A stretch of 64,000 nt of DNA. Origin: Octopus vulgaris (taxonomy: Eukaryota). The DNA is taken from contig OX597814.1 in the NCBI GenBank assembly GCA_951406725.2, positions 36,332,001 to 36,396,000 on the forward strand, given 5' to 3'. The position numbers and the translations under genes were made by a program. Positions 26,125-38,793 of this stretch are shown in pieces (position 1 is the stretch's first letter; each line of letters begins with the position of its first letter). A model generated the notes under the pieces. The model ran no database searches. It had not been told where the DNA came from and saw only the letters and a program-made list of their open reading frames with translations.

Positions 26125-26425
26125 CACAGTGACCGACCAGACTATCAGATGTTGCTACACATTGCTGGTCACAATGCACTTTGCATTGTTTTAGCCTTCA
26201 AATGATGCTGCCCTACTGGCTAAGCGTGCAGGCCAACAGAAGAAAGAGTGAGAGAAAGTTGTGGCAAAAGAGTACAGCAGGGATCGCCTCCACCTCCTGC
26301 CAGAGCCTCGTGGAGCTTTAGATGTTTTCACTCAATAAACACTCACAACACCTGGTCTGGGAATCGAAACCGTGATCCTACAACTGCGAGTCCGTTGCCC
26401 TAACAATTGGGCCATTGCGCCTCCA
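26125..26425 (-). mobile_element. SINE family D
   Basis: Aligns with 17681-17984 along its length; TSD-like ATGTGTG(C/T)ATAT. Confidence 0.85.
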
Positions 26426-26451
26426 CATGTGTGTATATATGTATATGTATA

Positions 26452-27250
26452 TACAAGGGGGTACTCAAAAGTAACTGGAAATGCTCTCTGTGGGACAAAC
26501 CCATCATAGTTCGAGTCTCCACTGCTAAAATCGACTTGATGTGACCCTCAGGCATCAGTCTGCCAACCGGCAGCATTGACTGAAGTTGTACTGCCAAGTG
26601 GTGTGTCTTTGTTTTGCAGTGCATCTCCCTTGTTCATTGATTTTTGTGATGGCTGAAATGAAGGAACCACATGCTTCTATGAAATTCTATTTTCTGCTGG
26701 GGAAAACATCATCCAAAACGGTTATCATACTTCAGACAGCTTACAAGGATGTTGTCATAAGCAAAACATAAGTTTACAAGTGTTTTTTTATGCTTTAGGA
26801 ATGGTCATTTGTCACTTGAAGACCACTCACGTTCAGGAAGACTGTTGATCTCCCAAACAAATTAAAACATCATGAAAATTCATGAACTGATCTTGGAGGA
26901 CCATCACCAAACAATTGACAAACTTGTTGATATGATTGGTGTATCCTGGAGCTCCTGCCAATGAATTTAGAGTGAGGAATTGCGAATGAAAAGAGTTGCA
27001 GCAAAAATTGTGCTGCAAAAGCAGTCACAACTGAATGCTTTGTGAACTGAAGGAACGGTTGGAGGTTGATCTGGACCTATTTTCAAAGGTCATCCCTGGT
27101 GAGGAAGGCTGGTGCTACGGAATTTGCAGATGTGGAAGAGGTGAAGGAAACAAACAATGGAAGTGTTAAATAGCATCACTTGACAAGAGTTCCAGCACTG
27201 CTTTGGATAGTGGAAAATGCACTTGGACCAATACATTGCTTCAAATTGAG

Positions 27251-27255
<5 letters not shown>
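26452..27255 (+). mobile_element. Internally deleted mariner remnant
   Basis: Starts TACAAGGGGGTACTCAAAAGTAAC; MAEMKEPHASMKFYFLLGKTSSKTVIILQTAYKD matches the mariner N-terminal HTH; C-terminal QEFQHCFG*WK-like remnant. Confidence 0.75.
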
Positions 27256-27286
<31 letters not shown>

Positions 27287-27459
27287 GATGGACTTCATTC
27301 AGTTTCTGTTTACCAAATCCATTCACATGGCTCAGAGTGAGAGAGAGAGAGGAGAAAACACTTGCTTGAGGTGCTATGCAGTGGGACTGATCTCAGAACC
27401 ATGCGGTTGGTAAGCAAGCTACTTACCACTCAGTCACTCCTGCACTTGTATGTATATAT

Positions 27460-27914
27460 GATCCACTGGATGTGTAATATCAGTCTGCACACATGACAGA
27501 GTGTAAGCACCCTGAGAGAAATGCTGGATATAAGAAGCATCGGATGTCGTGTGCAAGAGAGGCGTTTGCGCTGGTATGGTCATGTACTGTGGATGGATGA
27601 GGAGAAATGTGTGAAGAAATGTCACTCCCAAACAGTTGAAGGTATCCGGGGGAGAGGTAGACCCAGGAAGACATGGGATGAGGCAGTCAAGCATGACCTT
27701 CGAACGTTCGGCCTCACAGAGGCAATGACGAAAGACCAGGATCTCTGGAGAAATGCTGTGACTGCAAAGACCCAACAAATATTGTGACTTCATGGCTATT
27801 TCCTGCACCAGTTTCGCATAGCCCCAGACCATCCAAAGTACCTTGGATTGCAGAATGACCTGCTGTGCTTACCTTGGAAAGTAGGGAGACCTATTGAGTC
27901 AAGTACATCAACAT

Positions 27915-27915
<1 letters not shown>
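27460..27915 (+). pseudogene. RTE-clade LINE ORF C-terminal fragment
   Basis: RRLRWYGHVLWMDE...EGIRGRGRPRKTWDEAVKHDL...W is the RTE C-terminal signature. Confidence 0.88.
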
Positions 27916-27957
<42 letters not shown>

Positions 27958-28038
27958 TAACATAGGATAAAATTTTTCGAAAAAAATTCTATCAATGGCC
28001 AGCATATAAAAAAATACTTTTAAAGGTTATATTTATAA

Positions 28039-28263
28039 ACAACTTATATACAAGGGCAAAAGAAAAACTTATAATGCCAAATATGCCAAAAATACACTTA
28101 AATCGTCAATAACCATCTAATTCATCACTATAAGCACGCATCTCGAAGTAAGCTTACTTTGAGATGTGTGCTTATAGTGATGAATTAGATGGTCATTGAC
28201 GATTTAAGTCTATTTTCGGCATATTTGGCATTATAATTTTTTTTGCCCTTGTTTATAAGTTGT
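28039..28263. repeat. ~225 bp loopless palindrome next to a TA microsatellite
   Basis: Symmetric about AAGTAAG|CTTACTT (28152/28153); ends ACAACTTATATACAAGGGCAAAA / TTTTGCCCTTGTTTATAAGTTGT. Confidence 0.88.
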
Positions 28264-28576
<313 letters not shown>

Positions 28577-28903
28577 TATATTACTGTTTTGTTCTCACTG
28601 TCCTGTTCTTGTTACCACTGTCACTCTCCGCAAAAATCTCAAATATTATTTAATTTGCTATGCAGGAAGGACTGTTTCAATGAAGTCGCGTCTTGTCCTT
28701 GGCTTTGAACGTGGAGTAGATGAAACAGGGACAACTGAAGAAGGGGAATATTCTTTGTGTTGTATATCTCATTTTTCTGTTTTTTGCATTGTTTGAAAAA
28801 AAGTTTGTTTCTATGTTTCTGTTTTATGTCTTTGTTTCTCATTGTATTCAACGTTTTTCTGATGTCCTGTACCCATATATGCATATATATGTAGGTATGT
28901 ACA

Positions 28904-28953
<50 letters not shown>

Positions 28954-28983
28954 TATATTTATATATTATTTATATTATTATAA

Positions 28984-29018
<35 letters not shown>

Positions 29019-29211
29019 TATATATATATACATATATAGCCAGCAAAAATAATGCACCATAAAAGGTAGGGTTATGAATACAAAGTGAATGTACACAAAT
29101 TATGATCATTGCTAGAAATAGCAGCCAGTGAATTATTGGTGCTATGTAGAGCTTCACTAAATAATTACAGGTAGAGATGTTTGTGGACTGTGAATATAAG
29201 AAAATTCTGTA

Positions 29212-29385
29212 AGGCTGTGAGCTGGCAGAGATGTTCGCATGCTGGGCAAAATATTTAGCTATATTTTGTTGGTCTTTACGTTCTGAGCTCAAATTCTGAC
29301 GAGGTCAATTTTGCCTTTCATCCTTTCGGGGTCGATAAATTAAGTACAAGCCCCAAAATTTCAGGCCTTGTGCCTAGAAAAGAAT
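29212..29385 (+). mobile_element. SINE family A, internally deleted
   Basis: GCCTTTCATCCTTTCGGGGTCGATAAATTAAGTAC joined to CCCCAAAATTTCAGGCCTTGTGCCTA tail. Confidence 0.8.
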
Positions 29386-29717
29386 ATAGGAATATTCTGT
29401 CTTACCTCTAGAGAGACCATTAGAGGAATGACAAATAAGTCAATACTGAAGTTTCAGACTTTTCGGATCCTGAGTAGGCAGAATGACCGAAATTTTAAAA
29501 CATTCACTACATCTCCACCTGTTTCCTCAGCTGAAAGCCCCAGTTAAGATTCGAACTAAGATCAGTGAAAAGATATGTAAGAGATATAAATATTATTAAA
29601 AGAAATTGGCTGCTATTTCTATCAATGATCGTACTTCGTGTACATTCACTTTGTATTTATTTATACATACATACATACATACATATATATATATATATTA
29701 TATATATATATATATAA

Positions 29718-29925
29718 AATGTTATGGGTTGACTCTGCCCCTCTGGCGAATCCCTGATATGTCCTGTAATGTTATGGGTTGGCTCTGCCCTTCTGGTGAA
29801 TCCCTGACATGTCATGTAATGTTATGGGTTGGCTCTGCCCCTCTGGGGAATCTCCTACATGTCATGTAATGTTATGGGCTGGCCCTGCCCCTCTGGCGAA
29901 TCTCCTCCATGTCATGTAATGTTAT
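29718..29925. repeat. 50 bp minisatellite, 4 copies plus partial
   Basis: AATGTTATGGGTTGGCTCTGCCCCTCTGGCGAAT...CATGTCATGT at exact 50 bp spacing. Confidence 0.95.
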
Positions 29926-29934
29926 AAAGAATTT

Positions 29935-30367
29935 CATAAATAGCAGAGAAATTTAGAAATGATTAGTAAGTATTAAAATAAAATTCTTTTATATGGTGTG
30001 ATGTATATTAGGATTTGATTAATCAGTTTAATCTTGAATTCTTTTTTTGGTGGGACAGGTATGTCTTTCAGTGATGAATTCCATTCCAGGGGTACTATCT
30101 TTCCTGTATATGCCATACTTAATTGTTTAATTTTCAAGCTAAACAATATAGTTAAACCATTACATTAGATTATTTTATTTATTAGGGAATAAAAATTTTA
30201 GCATCACAAGGATTCAAATAAAAGGAATTATTCTCAATAGGGAAATATATGTCACTTAGAAATAGCAGTCCCCATACAAAACATCAAATCCTAATATACA
30301 TCACACCATATAAAAGAATTTTATTTTGATACTTACTAATCATTTCTAAATTTCTCTGCTATTTATG
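29935..30367. repeat. 85 bp inverted repeat (1 mismatch) with 263 bp spacer
   Basis: 29935-30019 is the reverse complement of 30283-30367. Confidence 0.9.
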
Positions 30368-31447
30368 CACTGAAAGTGTAGCTGCTAGAATAAGAATATC
30401 CTGGGCAAAGTTCAGAGAGCTCTTACCTCTGCTGGTGACAAAGGACCTCTCACTCAGAGTAAAAGGTAGACTGTATGATGCATGTGTATAAACAGCCATG
30501 CTACATGGAAGTGAAACATGGGCCATGTCTGCTGAGGACATGAGTAAGCTCACAAGGAATGAAGCTAGTATGTAAGTACCTTGAGAGAAAAGTTGGACCT
30601 AAGAAGCATCAGATATAGAGTGCAAGAGAGACAACTGCGCTGGTTTGGTCATGTGGCAAGAATGGATGAGGATAGCTGTGTGAAAAAGTGCCACATTCTA
30701 ACGGTTGAGTGAACCTGTGGAAGAGGTAGGCCCAGGAAGACCTGGGATGAAGTGGTGAAGCACAACCTTCAAACATTAGGCCTCACTGAGGCAATGACTA
30801 GTGACAGAGACTTTTCAAAATATGCTGTGCATGAGAAGACCTGGCAAGCCAAATGAGACCATAACCTCGTAGCCTATGCCAAGGGTGTAACCAGCCCACT
30901 TATACATACCTTTTCTTCATTGGACATTAAACTCTGCTTGCGAAGATCTGTTGAGGCAAGTGAAATTGAAATTGAAATCGAATTCGATGACTGGCATCTG
31001 TGCTAGTGGAGCACTAAGAGCACCATCCAAGCATGATTGTTGCCAGAGCAGCTAACTGGCTTCCATGCCAGTGACTCATAAAAAGCACCATATGAGCATG
31101 ATTGTAACCAGCGTCACCTTACTGGCACTTGTGCTGGTGCCACGTGAAAAACATTCGAGTGAGGTCATTGCCAGTGCCACTGGACTGGCTCCTGTGCAGG
31201 TGGCACGTAAAAAAACACCATTTGAGCATGGCCATTGCCAATACCGCCTGACTGGCCTCATGTTGGCAGCACATAAAAGCACCCACTACACTCTCGGAGT
31301 GGTTGGCGTTAGGAAGGGCATCCAGCTGTAGAAACTCTGCTAGATCAAGATTGGAGTCTGGTGCAGCCATTTGGTTCACCAGTCCTGAGTCAAATCATCC
31401 AACCCATGCTAGCATGGAAAGTGGACGTTAAACGATGATGATGATGA

Positions 31448-31450
<3 letters not shown>
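30368..31450 (+). mobile_element. 5'-truncated RTE-clade LINE (ORF C-terminus, 3' UTR, (GAT)n tail)
   Basis: ARIRISWAKFRELLPLL...KGRLYDACV*TAMLHGSETW...LRWFGHVARMDE...GRGRPRKTW, then the common 3' UTR. Confidence 0.9.
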
Positions 31451-31484
<34 letters not shown>

Positions 31485-32001
31485 AATGTACACACAAACA
31501 CACACACATAGATATAGATAGATAGATAAATAGATAGATAGAAAATTAGATTGATGGATGAATATTAATGTACATATACAAACACACGAAGTTATTAACA
31601 CAAACATGTATGTAAATATAGGGGTGGCAGCATCCACAGTAATTGGGAATTTTAATATTATCTGAGAAGTGGTCCTTAAGTAGATGTACATAAATGAAAC
31701 ACAAAGTGGATCTGCTTGTCTAGAATGATTAATCTACTGTTTGATAAGTTGCAGCCTGAAAATCCTGTCTTCTCATTGTATGAGTCCTTGAGCGAGGAGG
31801 TTTCAGAAAGCTTGAACATGACTTGAATCAACTTAGAGCATTGCCAAAGAACGAAGTGAAACATGAAAGAGAGAGAGATAGAGAGAGGGAGAGAGAGAGG
31901 GGGGAGAGGGAGAGAGAGAATATGTGGGTGTGTATGTGATATATCTATATCTATGTATTGATCTATCTATCTATCTATCTCTCTATCTATCTATCTATCT
32001 C

Positions 32002-32058
<57 letters not shown>

Positions 32059-32179
32059 ATATATATATATATATATATATACGGAGAGAAAGAGAGAGAG
32101 AAAATATATGGGTGTGTATGTAATATACCTATAGAGACATATATATGTGTATTTATGTGTGTGTGTGTGTGTAAGTGTG

Positions 32180-32229
<50 letters not shown>

Positions 32230-32742
32230 CATATATATGGAGAGAGTGAGAGAGAGGGGGAGAGAGAAGGAGAGAAGGGAGTGGGTGAAGTAGATGTTAC
32301 TTTCGTTACTTCTAAACTACATTTGGTAAACTATTGATATTCTCAGAAAACTCTTTCTCCAACAGACTAACGAAATATGGTTTAATTAGAATAAAATTGA
32401 CTAAACAAAAGGATAACATATGCCCATGAACATATCCCTCAAGTATCTGTAAATATCATGGCTACCTGAGTAGAATATTTCTTTAACAGGTTAAAAATAA
32501 CTTTCCTCTCAGTTTCTCTATTATGAGTAGTGGTTGTAAATAACAATGAAGAGAAGAACTTCAAGAAGTTTGAGCATGGAATCCATCAAATCCATTTAAA
32601 GATGCAGTGGGATAGGTTAACTTCTCACTTCTCCGCCCACTGAAACATTTAGTAACAAACTGTATAGCTCTTTCCATTTGGATTATCAAGTGAAGGACAA
32701 TCTTAATTTGTGTTTTACATTCTTTATTCATTTCAAGAATGG

Positions 32743-32774
<32 letters not shown>

Positions 32775-32924
32775 GTGGCTGTGTGGTAAGAAGCTTGCTT
32801 CCCAACCACATGGTTAGGGTTCAGTCCCACTGCATGATATGTTGGGCAAGCATCTTCTACTATAGCCTCGGGCCGATCAAAGACTTGAGACAGGATTTGG
32901 TAGACGGAAACTGAAAGAAACCTG

Positions 32925-32966
<42 letters not shown>

Positions 32967-33560
32967 CTTAATGTCCATTGTCCATGCTGGCATGGGGTGG
33001 ACGGTTTGACCAGAGTTGGTAAGCTGGAAGGTTGAACCAGACTCCAGTCTGATTTGGCATGGTTTTCTGTAATTGGATACCCTTTCTAATGCCAACCACT
33101 CTGAGAGTGTAATAGGTACCTTTGCGTACCACCAGCATGGGTGCCATTTACATGGCGCCAGTATCTGCCACGACTACGATTTTGCTTGGCTTGATGGGTC
33201 TTCTTCACAAGCATGACATAATGCCAAATGTCTTGATCATTGCCTCCACGAGACCCAACACTCGAAAGGAACTCAGTCACTTTGCCTCCCTGAGGCACAA
33301 TGCTTGAAAGGAACGCAGCCTCTGTGAGGTCCAATGCTTGAAGGAACTCGGCCACTTGTGTCTGTTTCGTGTCTGCGTTTGTCACCCATCAACACTTGAT
33401 AAACGAAGCTGGTGTGTTTACATCCTTGTAACTTAGCAGTTTGGCAAAAGAGAACAACAGAATAAGTCAGAATAAAAATAAATTGGGAATAAAACCCTTC
33501 AAGGCAGTGCTCTATGATGGCTGCAGTCAAATGACTGAATCAAGTAAAAGAATAAAAGAT
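32775..33560 (+). mobile_element. SINE family C split by an antisense RTE 3' fragment (32925-33356)
   Basis: Head at 32775-32924 and tail at 33357-33560; between them (CAT)n plus RTE 3' UTR on the minus strand. Confidence 0.75.
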
Positions 33561-33831
33561 TACATATATACATATATTTTTTTATTCTTTTACCTGTTTC
33601 AGACAAACACATATAAATATATATACACATACATAAACTATTATACACACACACACATTATGGGCTTCTTTTGGCTTCTTTCAGTTTTTGTCTATCAAAT
33701 CCAATCCACACATAAGAATTTGGTCGGCCTGATGTCATAGTAGAAGACAATTGCCCAAGGTGCCACACAGTGGCACTGAACCCAGAACAATGTAACTAGG
33801 AAGCAAGCATCTTATATGCATATATATATAT

Positions 33832-34335
33832 CATCATCATCATCATCATCATCATCGTTTAACGTCTGCTTTCCATGCTAGCATGGGTTGGACGGTTCAA
33901 CTGGGGTCTGGGGAGCCCGAAGGCTGCACCAGGCTAGTCAGATCTGGCAGTGTTTCTACAGCTGGATGCCCTTCCTAATGCCAACCACTCCGAGAGTGTA
34001 GTGGGTGATTTTACGTGCCACCGACACAGGTGCCAGACGAGGCTGGCGAACGGCCACGCTCGGATGGTGTTTTTTATGTGCCACCGACACAGGTGCCAGA
34101 CGAGGCTGGCAGACGGCCACGCTCGGATGGTGTTTTTTATGTGCCACCGACACAGGTGCCAGACGAGGCTGGCGAACGGCCATGATCGCATGGTGTTTGT
34201 TACGTGCCCACAGCACGGAGGCCAGTCGATGCGGTACTGGCTACGGCCACGTTCGGATGGTTTTCTTATGTGCCACCGGCACTGGTACCACAAAGATACA
34301 AATTCCATTGATGTTCATCTATTTTGATTTGGTTT
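33832..34335 (-). mobile_element. Young RTE-type 3' UTR copy with ~62 bp tandem units
   Basis: Reverse complement of 16505-16933 over most of its length. Confidence 0.88.
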
Positions 34336-34336
34336 G

Positions 34337-34369
<33 letters not shown>

Positions 34370-34624
34370 GCCCAGACCTGTAGTAGAAATGACTGACCCA
34401 AAGTGTCATGCAGGTAAAAGTGTATCTGTGTAAAAATTTCAGTATGCATCCATGTAGCTTTCAGTTCAGTTGTGCAGCAAGTCATTTCATGCAAATGTCT
34501 TTTACTATAGCTCTGGCATATGATAGGAGACAGTTTTAAGAGGAATTAGTAGATTGAAACTCTTTTGAAAGCCAATACACACACACACACATGTAGGTTT
34601 GTATATAATATTAAAGTATCATAG

Positions 34625-35178
34625 TCATCATCGTCATCATCATCATCATTTAACGTCCTCTTTCCATGCTGGCATGGGTTAGATGGTTTGACTGGAACTG
34701 GTAAGCCAGAGAGCTGCACCAGGTTCCAGTTTGATTTGGTGCAACTTCTATGGCTGGATGCCCTTCCTAATGCCAACCACTCCAAGAATGTAATGAGTGC
34801 TTCTTACATGCCACTAACATGGGTGCCATTTACAGAACACTGGCAATGACCTCAAATACTATTTTACTTGGCTTCACAGGTCTTCTCAAGCACAGCATAT
34901 CACCAAAGCTATCGGCTACTTGTCATCACCTCTGTGAGGCCCAACATTCAGAGATCGTGCTTCATGACTTCGTCCCATGTTTTCCTGGGTCCTCATCCAC
35001 AGGTTCCTTCCACAGTTAGAGACTGGCACTTCTTCACACAACTGTCCTCATCCATATGCATCCTATGACCATACCAGTGCACTCATCTCTTTTTCACACC
35101 ACATCTGATGTCCAGTTTTTCTCTCAAGACACTTATACTTCACGCATGTGCACACTGACATTCCACATCCACTGAAGC
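34625..35178 (-). mobile_element. RTE-clade LINE 3' fragment
   Basis: (CAT)n tail; minus-strand WYGH..MDEDSCVKKC...PRKTWDEV. Confidence 0.8.
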
Positions 35179-35195
35179 TATATATACGATTTAAT

Positions 35196-35417
35196 TTTTT
35201 TATTTCTTTACTGCCCACAAGGGGCTACACACAGAGGGGACAGACAAACGAATTAAGTCGATTATATCGACCCCAATACATAACTGGTACTTATTTAATC
35301 GGCCCCGAAAGGATGAAAGGCAAAGTCGACCTCGGCGGAATATGAACTCAGAATGTAGCGGCAGACAAAATACCGCTAAGCATTTTGCCCGGCATGCTAA
35401 TGTTTCTGCCAGCATCA
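35196..35417 (-). mobile_element. SINE family A with 17 bp TSD
   Basis: TSD TATATATACGATTTAAT at 35179-35195 and 35418-35434. Confidence 0.88.
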
Positions 35418-36084
35418 TATATATACGATTTAATAAACACAGTATATGTTTGTATGAGCTGCTAATAATTTTATGCAATGAAAACAACTCAGACAGCGTT
35501 TTATAACATGTCTCATGCCTTCATTCAATTTTCAGTGAAATCTTTAAACTGATAAACCTTTACCTGCATGGTACTGTGAGCCTGCGTATTGCATCAAAGC
35601 ACCAGACGTGTTATAGAATACTCTCTGTATTGTTTTCCTCATATGAAACTATCAGTACCACATAAAAATGCATAGTGTGTTTGATAGATATTATCTCTCA
35701 CCAGATGGAGTACTTATTTATTGATTTTACCATGGAATAGTAGTACACTATATATGCATTGTGCACGTGTTTTCAGTACATATTTGCAACTGCCTAATTA
35801 TTCATTAATTAGCGATCTTACTGACGATCTATAGATTCCAAATTAGTTTATTTGGCAATTGATAGGAAAACTCAAGTTCGGGATTAACTAATTCATTTTA
35901 TGCTCTGTCTGGTGTTACAACAGTGTACCTCATGAATTCTTTTTTCTGTGGTTGGGTTTTAACTGCCCTTTCTAGCATGTAAGGAGTCCTGTCAAGGGTC
36001 ACTTCTTTGTGTATATAAATATTTTATACATGTTATGTCTTATGACTCATATTTACGATATATGTATGTGTGTGTGCGCATGCA

Positions 36085-36229
36085 TGTGGTATGAAGCTTG
36101 CTTCCCAATGACATGGTTTGTGGTTCAGTCCCATTGCGTGGCACCTTGGGCAAGTGCCTTCCACTATAACCTTGGGCTGACCAAAGCCTTGTGAGTGGAT
36201 TTGGTAGACTAAAACTGAAAGAAGCCTGA

Positions 36230-36299
<70 letters not shown>

Positions 36300-36505
36300 T
36301 GTGTGTGTGTGTGTTTGTATCTGTGTTTGTCTTTCCACTATCACTTGACAACCAATGCTGGTGAATTTATGTCCCTGTAATCTTGCAGTTCGGCAAAAGA
36401 GACTAGGCTTACAAAGAAAAAGTCCAGGGGTCGATTTCTTCAACTAAAATGGTCTTGATCCAGCATGGCTACAGTCAAAATGACTGAAACAAGTAAAAGA
36501 ATAAA
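36085..36505 (+). mobile_element. SINE family C with internal TA/TG microsatellite
   Basis: GGTTCAGTCCCATTGCGTGGCACCTTGGGCAAGTG...ATGACTGAAACAAGTAAAAGAATAAAA. Confidence 0.85.
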
Positions 36506-36594
36506 AGCATATGTATATATTACACAGGCACAGATGCACAAACACACACACATATATACACACACACACCCACACCCATACACACACACATATG

Positions 36595-36629
<35 letters not shown>

Positions 36630-36908
36630 TACCACCTTTGGCTGTGCTACACCATTATTTAAAACCTCCTCTGACATGTGACATTTGGTGAGTGAAGGGG
36701 TTTGATGTTGCTGCCCTCATTAGTGTTTCCTGCTGTCAAGTAGGCTCATGTGGAACCCTTGACACACAGAGATCTAATTTTGTTTTGAAGACACCTACAT
36801 CCACACCATGCAGGTTTCTCAGGCATTTTGGAAAGTTATTAAAGAGCTGAGGACCCTTAAAATCCAAGCTGTTGCAGTATCTGGTCCGATATTTTGATGG
36901 TGATGCTG

Positions 36909-37117
36909 TTGTTGTTGTTGTTGTTAAACAACAAGATGGGTAAGGGTGATTAGGTGATGGTCTAGGGCTTAGGAGTGGGAGATCCCAGACCTTGGAGAAA
37001 AAAAAACTTTGGTCGTCTTGTTGTAGTCGAGGGCTTTCGTTGATGCCTGACACCACTGGGAGGTGGCCCTCGAAGTCGCTGGAATTGGAGATCTCCAGGT
37101 CCAAATTCTTGAAAGGC
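36909..37117 (-). mobile_element. Orphan 209 bp retroposed insert with (CAA)n tail and 14 bp TSD
   Basis: TSD TGATGGTGATGCTG at 36895-36908 and 37118-37131; (GTT)n at left end; no other copy seen in window. Confidence 0.8.
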
Positions 37118-37449
37118 TGATGGTGATGCTGGGATGTTTGGCACTATGCAATGGTGCCCCATTCTGTATTTGCATAACTTTCAATGCCAATGTTTGGTAC
37201 AAGGCCTTCCAGGATTTTCCACATATATATCACTGCATATTTTTCCCATCTTCCCTTCAGGGAGAAGAGTTTTAACTCTTTCAGCCTTTCCCAGCAGCTG
37301 ATATGTTTTGCCATAGTTGGGAGCAGTAGTCTAAGTGGCTGAAGATGTATGCTCTCCAAAGGACCATCATACTTCCCTTTTCTCTTGTTTTGAAAGTTCG
37401 GAGAATCCATCCAGCTAGCTGTCTGCATTTTGTTACCAAATTAGTAATA

Positions 37450-37671
37450 TATATCTTTACTACCCACAAGTGACTAAACACAAAGGAGACAAATGGATTA
37501 AGTCGATAACATCGACCCCAGTTCATAACTGGTACTTAATTTATCGACCTTGAAAGGATAAAAGGCAAAGTCGACCTTGGCGGGATTTGAACTCAGAACG
37601 TAACGGCAGACGAAATATGGCTACACATTTTGCCCGGCATGCTAACGTTTCTGCCAGCTCACCACCTTTTC
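37450..37671 (-). mobile_element. SINE family A nested in CR1, 16 bp TSD
   Basis: TSD TACCAAATTAGTAATA at 37434-37449 and 37672-37687. Confidence 0.88.
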
Positions 37672-38417
37672 TACCAAATTAGTAATAGGCTCCTGGGAAG
37701 ATGCAGCATTTCTCATGTCAATACCCAGGTCAAGCACTGATATAAATTCAAAGATTGCAGTTCTTTCTTGGTCAGTGTATCCTGTCTGCCTGTCATTCAG
37801 CTTTATGTGTGGGTAACACATGGCTTGGAATTTTTGTGCATTAAACTGCATATTGTTGTCCTCAGCCCACCTGTATATTGTGTCCAACTCCTGTTGCAAA
37901 TGCACAATATTTCTAGGATTTTGTATTGTCTGAGAGATTTTTGTGTCATCTGCACAGCTAGCAAGGGTGGCTATCCGAGCAGCTGAGGGTATGTCTGAGA
38001 GGGCCACTATAAATAGCACTGGTCTCTAAGACAGTACTATTTTTAGTGGAACACCACTTACTATTTGTGCTTCCTTGGAGGTGACTCCACTGGCCACCAC
38101 TGCCTGACATCTATCTTTTAGAAAGTCATGTAACTACTCTCCAAGTTTTCCAACTATGCCAAGATTATGCTCAACTTTATCAAATGCTTTTGCAAAGTCG
38201 AGCTACATCACTTCCACACTTGAGTCATTTAGCTGAATGTGCATAAACACGCATGTAAATATATCTATAAATATATTGTTATTATAAAGACTAGATTGTC
38301 AGTTAGAAAGGAGATAAAACTGAAAAAAATTGATATGTATATATATCATCATCATCAGCATCATTGTTTAACGTCCGTTTTTCATGCTAGCACGGGTTGT
38401 GTGGTTGTGTGTGTGTG

Positions 38418-38670
38418 TGGAGGTGCATGGCTTAGTGGTTAGGGTGTCACCGTCATGATCGTAAGATTGTGGTTTCGATTCCTGGACAGGGCGACGTGTT
38501 ATGTTCTTGTGCAAAACACTTCATTTCCCGTTGCTCTAGTCCACTCAGCTGGCAAAAATGAGTAATGCTGTGATGGACTGGTGTCCTATCCACCTGGGGA
38601 ACACATACGCCATAGAAACCGGGAAACTGGGCCCATGAGCCTGGCTAGGCTTTAAAAGGGCGCATTTATT
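38418..38670 (+). mobile_element. SINE family B
   Basis: GGAGGTGCATGGCTTAGTGGTTAGGGTG...GGTTTCGATTCC...CCACTCAGCTGGCAAAAATGAGTA. Confidence 0.85.
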
Positions 38671-38725
<55 letters not shown>

Positions 38726-38752
38726 ATGTCTGTGTGTGTAAGTATGTGTGTA

Positions 38753-38793
<41 letters not shown>

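Larger units (their letters stand above)
36620..38235 (-). pseudogene. CR1-clade LINE ORF2 (RT) remnant with two nested insertions
   Basis: LDFAKAFDKV, LFIVALSDIP...ADDTKISQ...WAEDNNMQFNAQKFQ, GWILRTFKTR...SHLDYCSQLW, GPQLFN..PKCLRN...FKTKLD. Confidence 0.9.
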
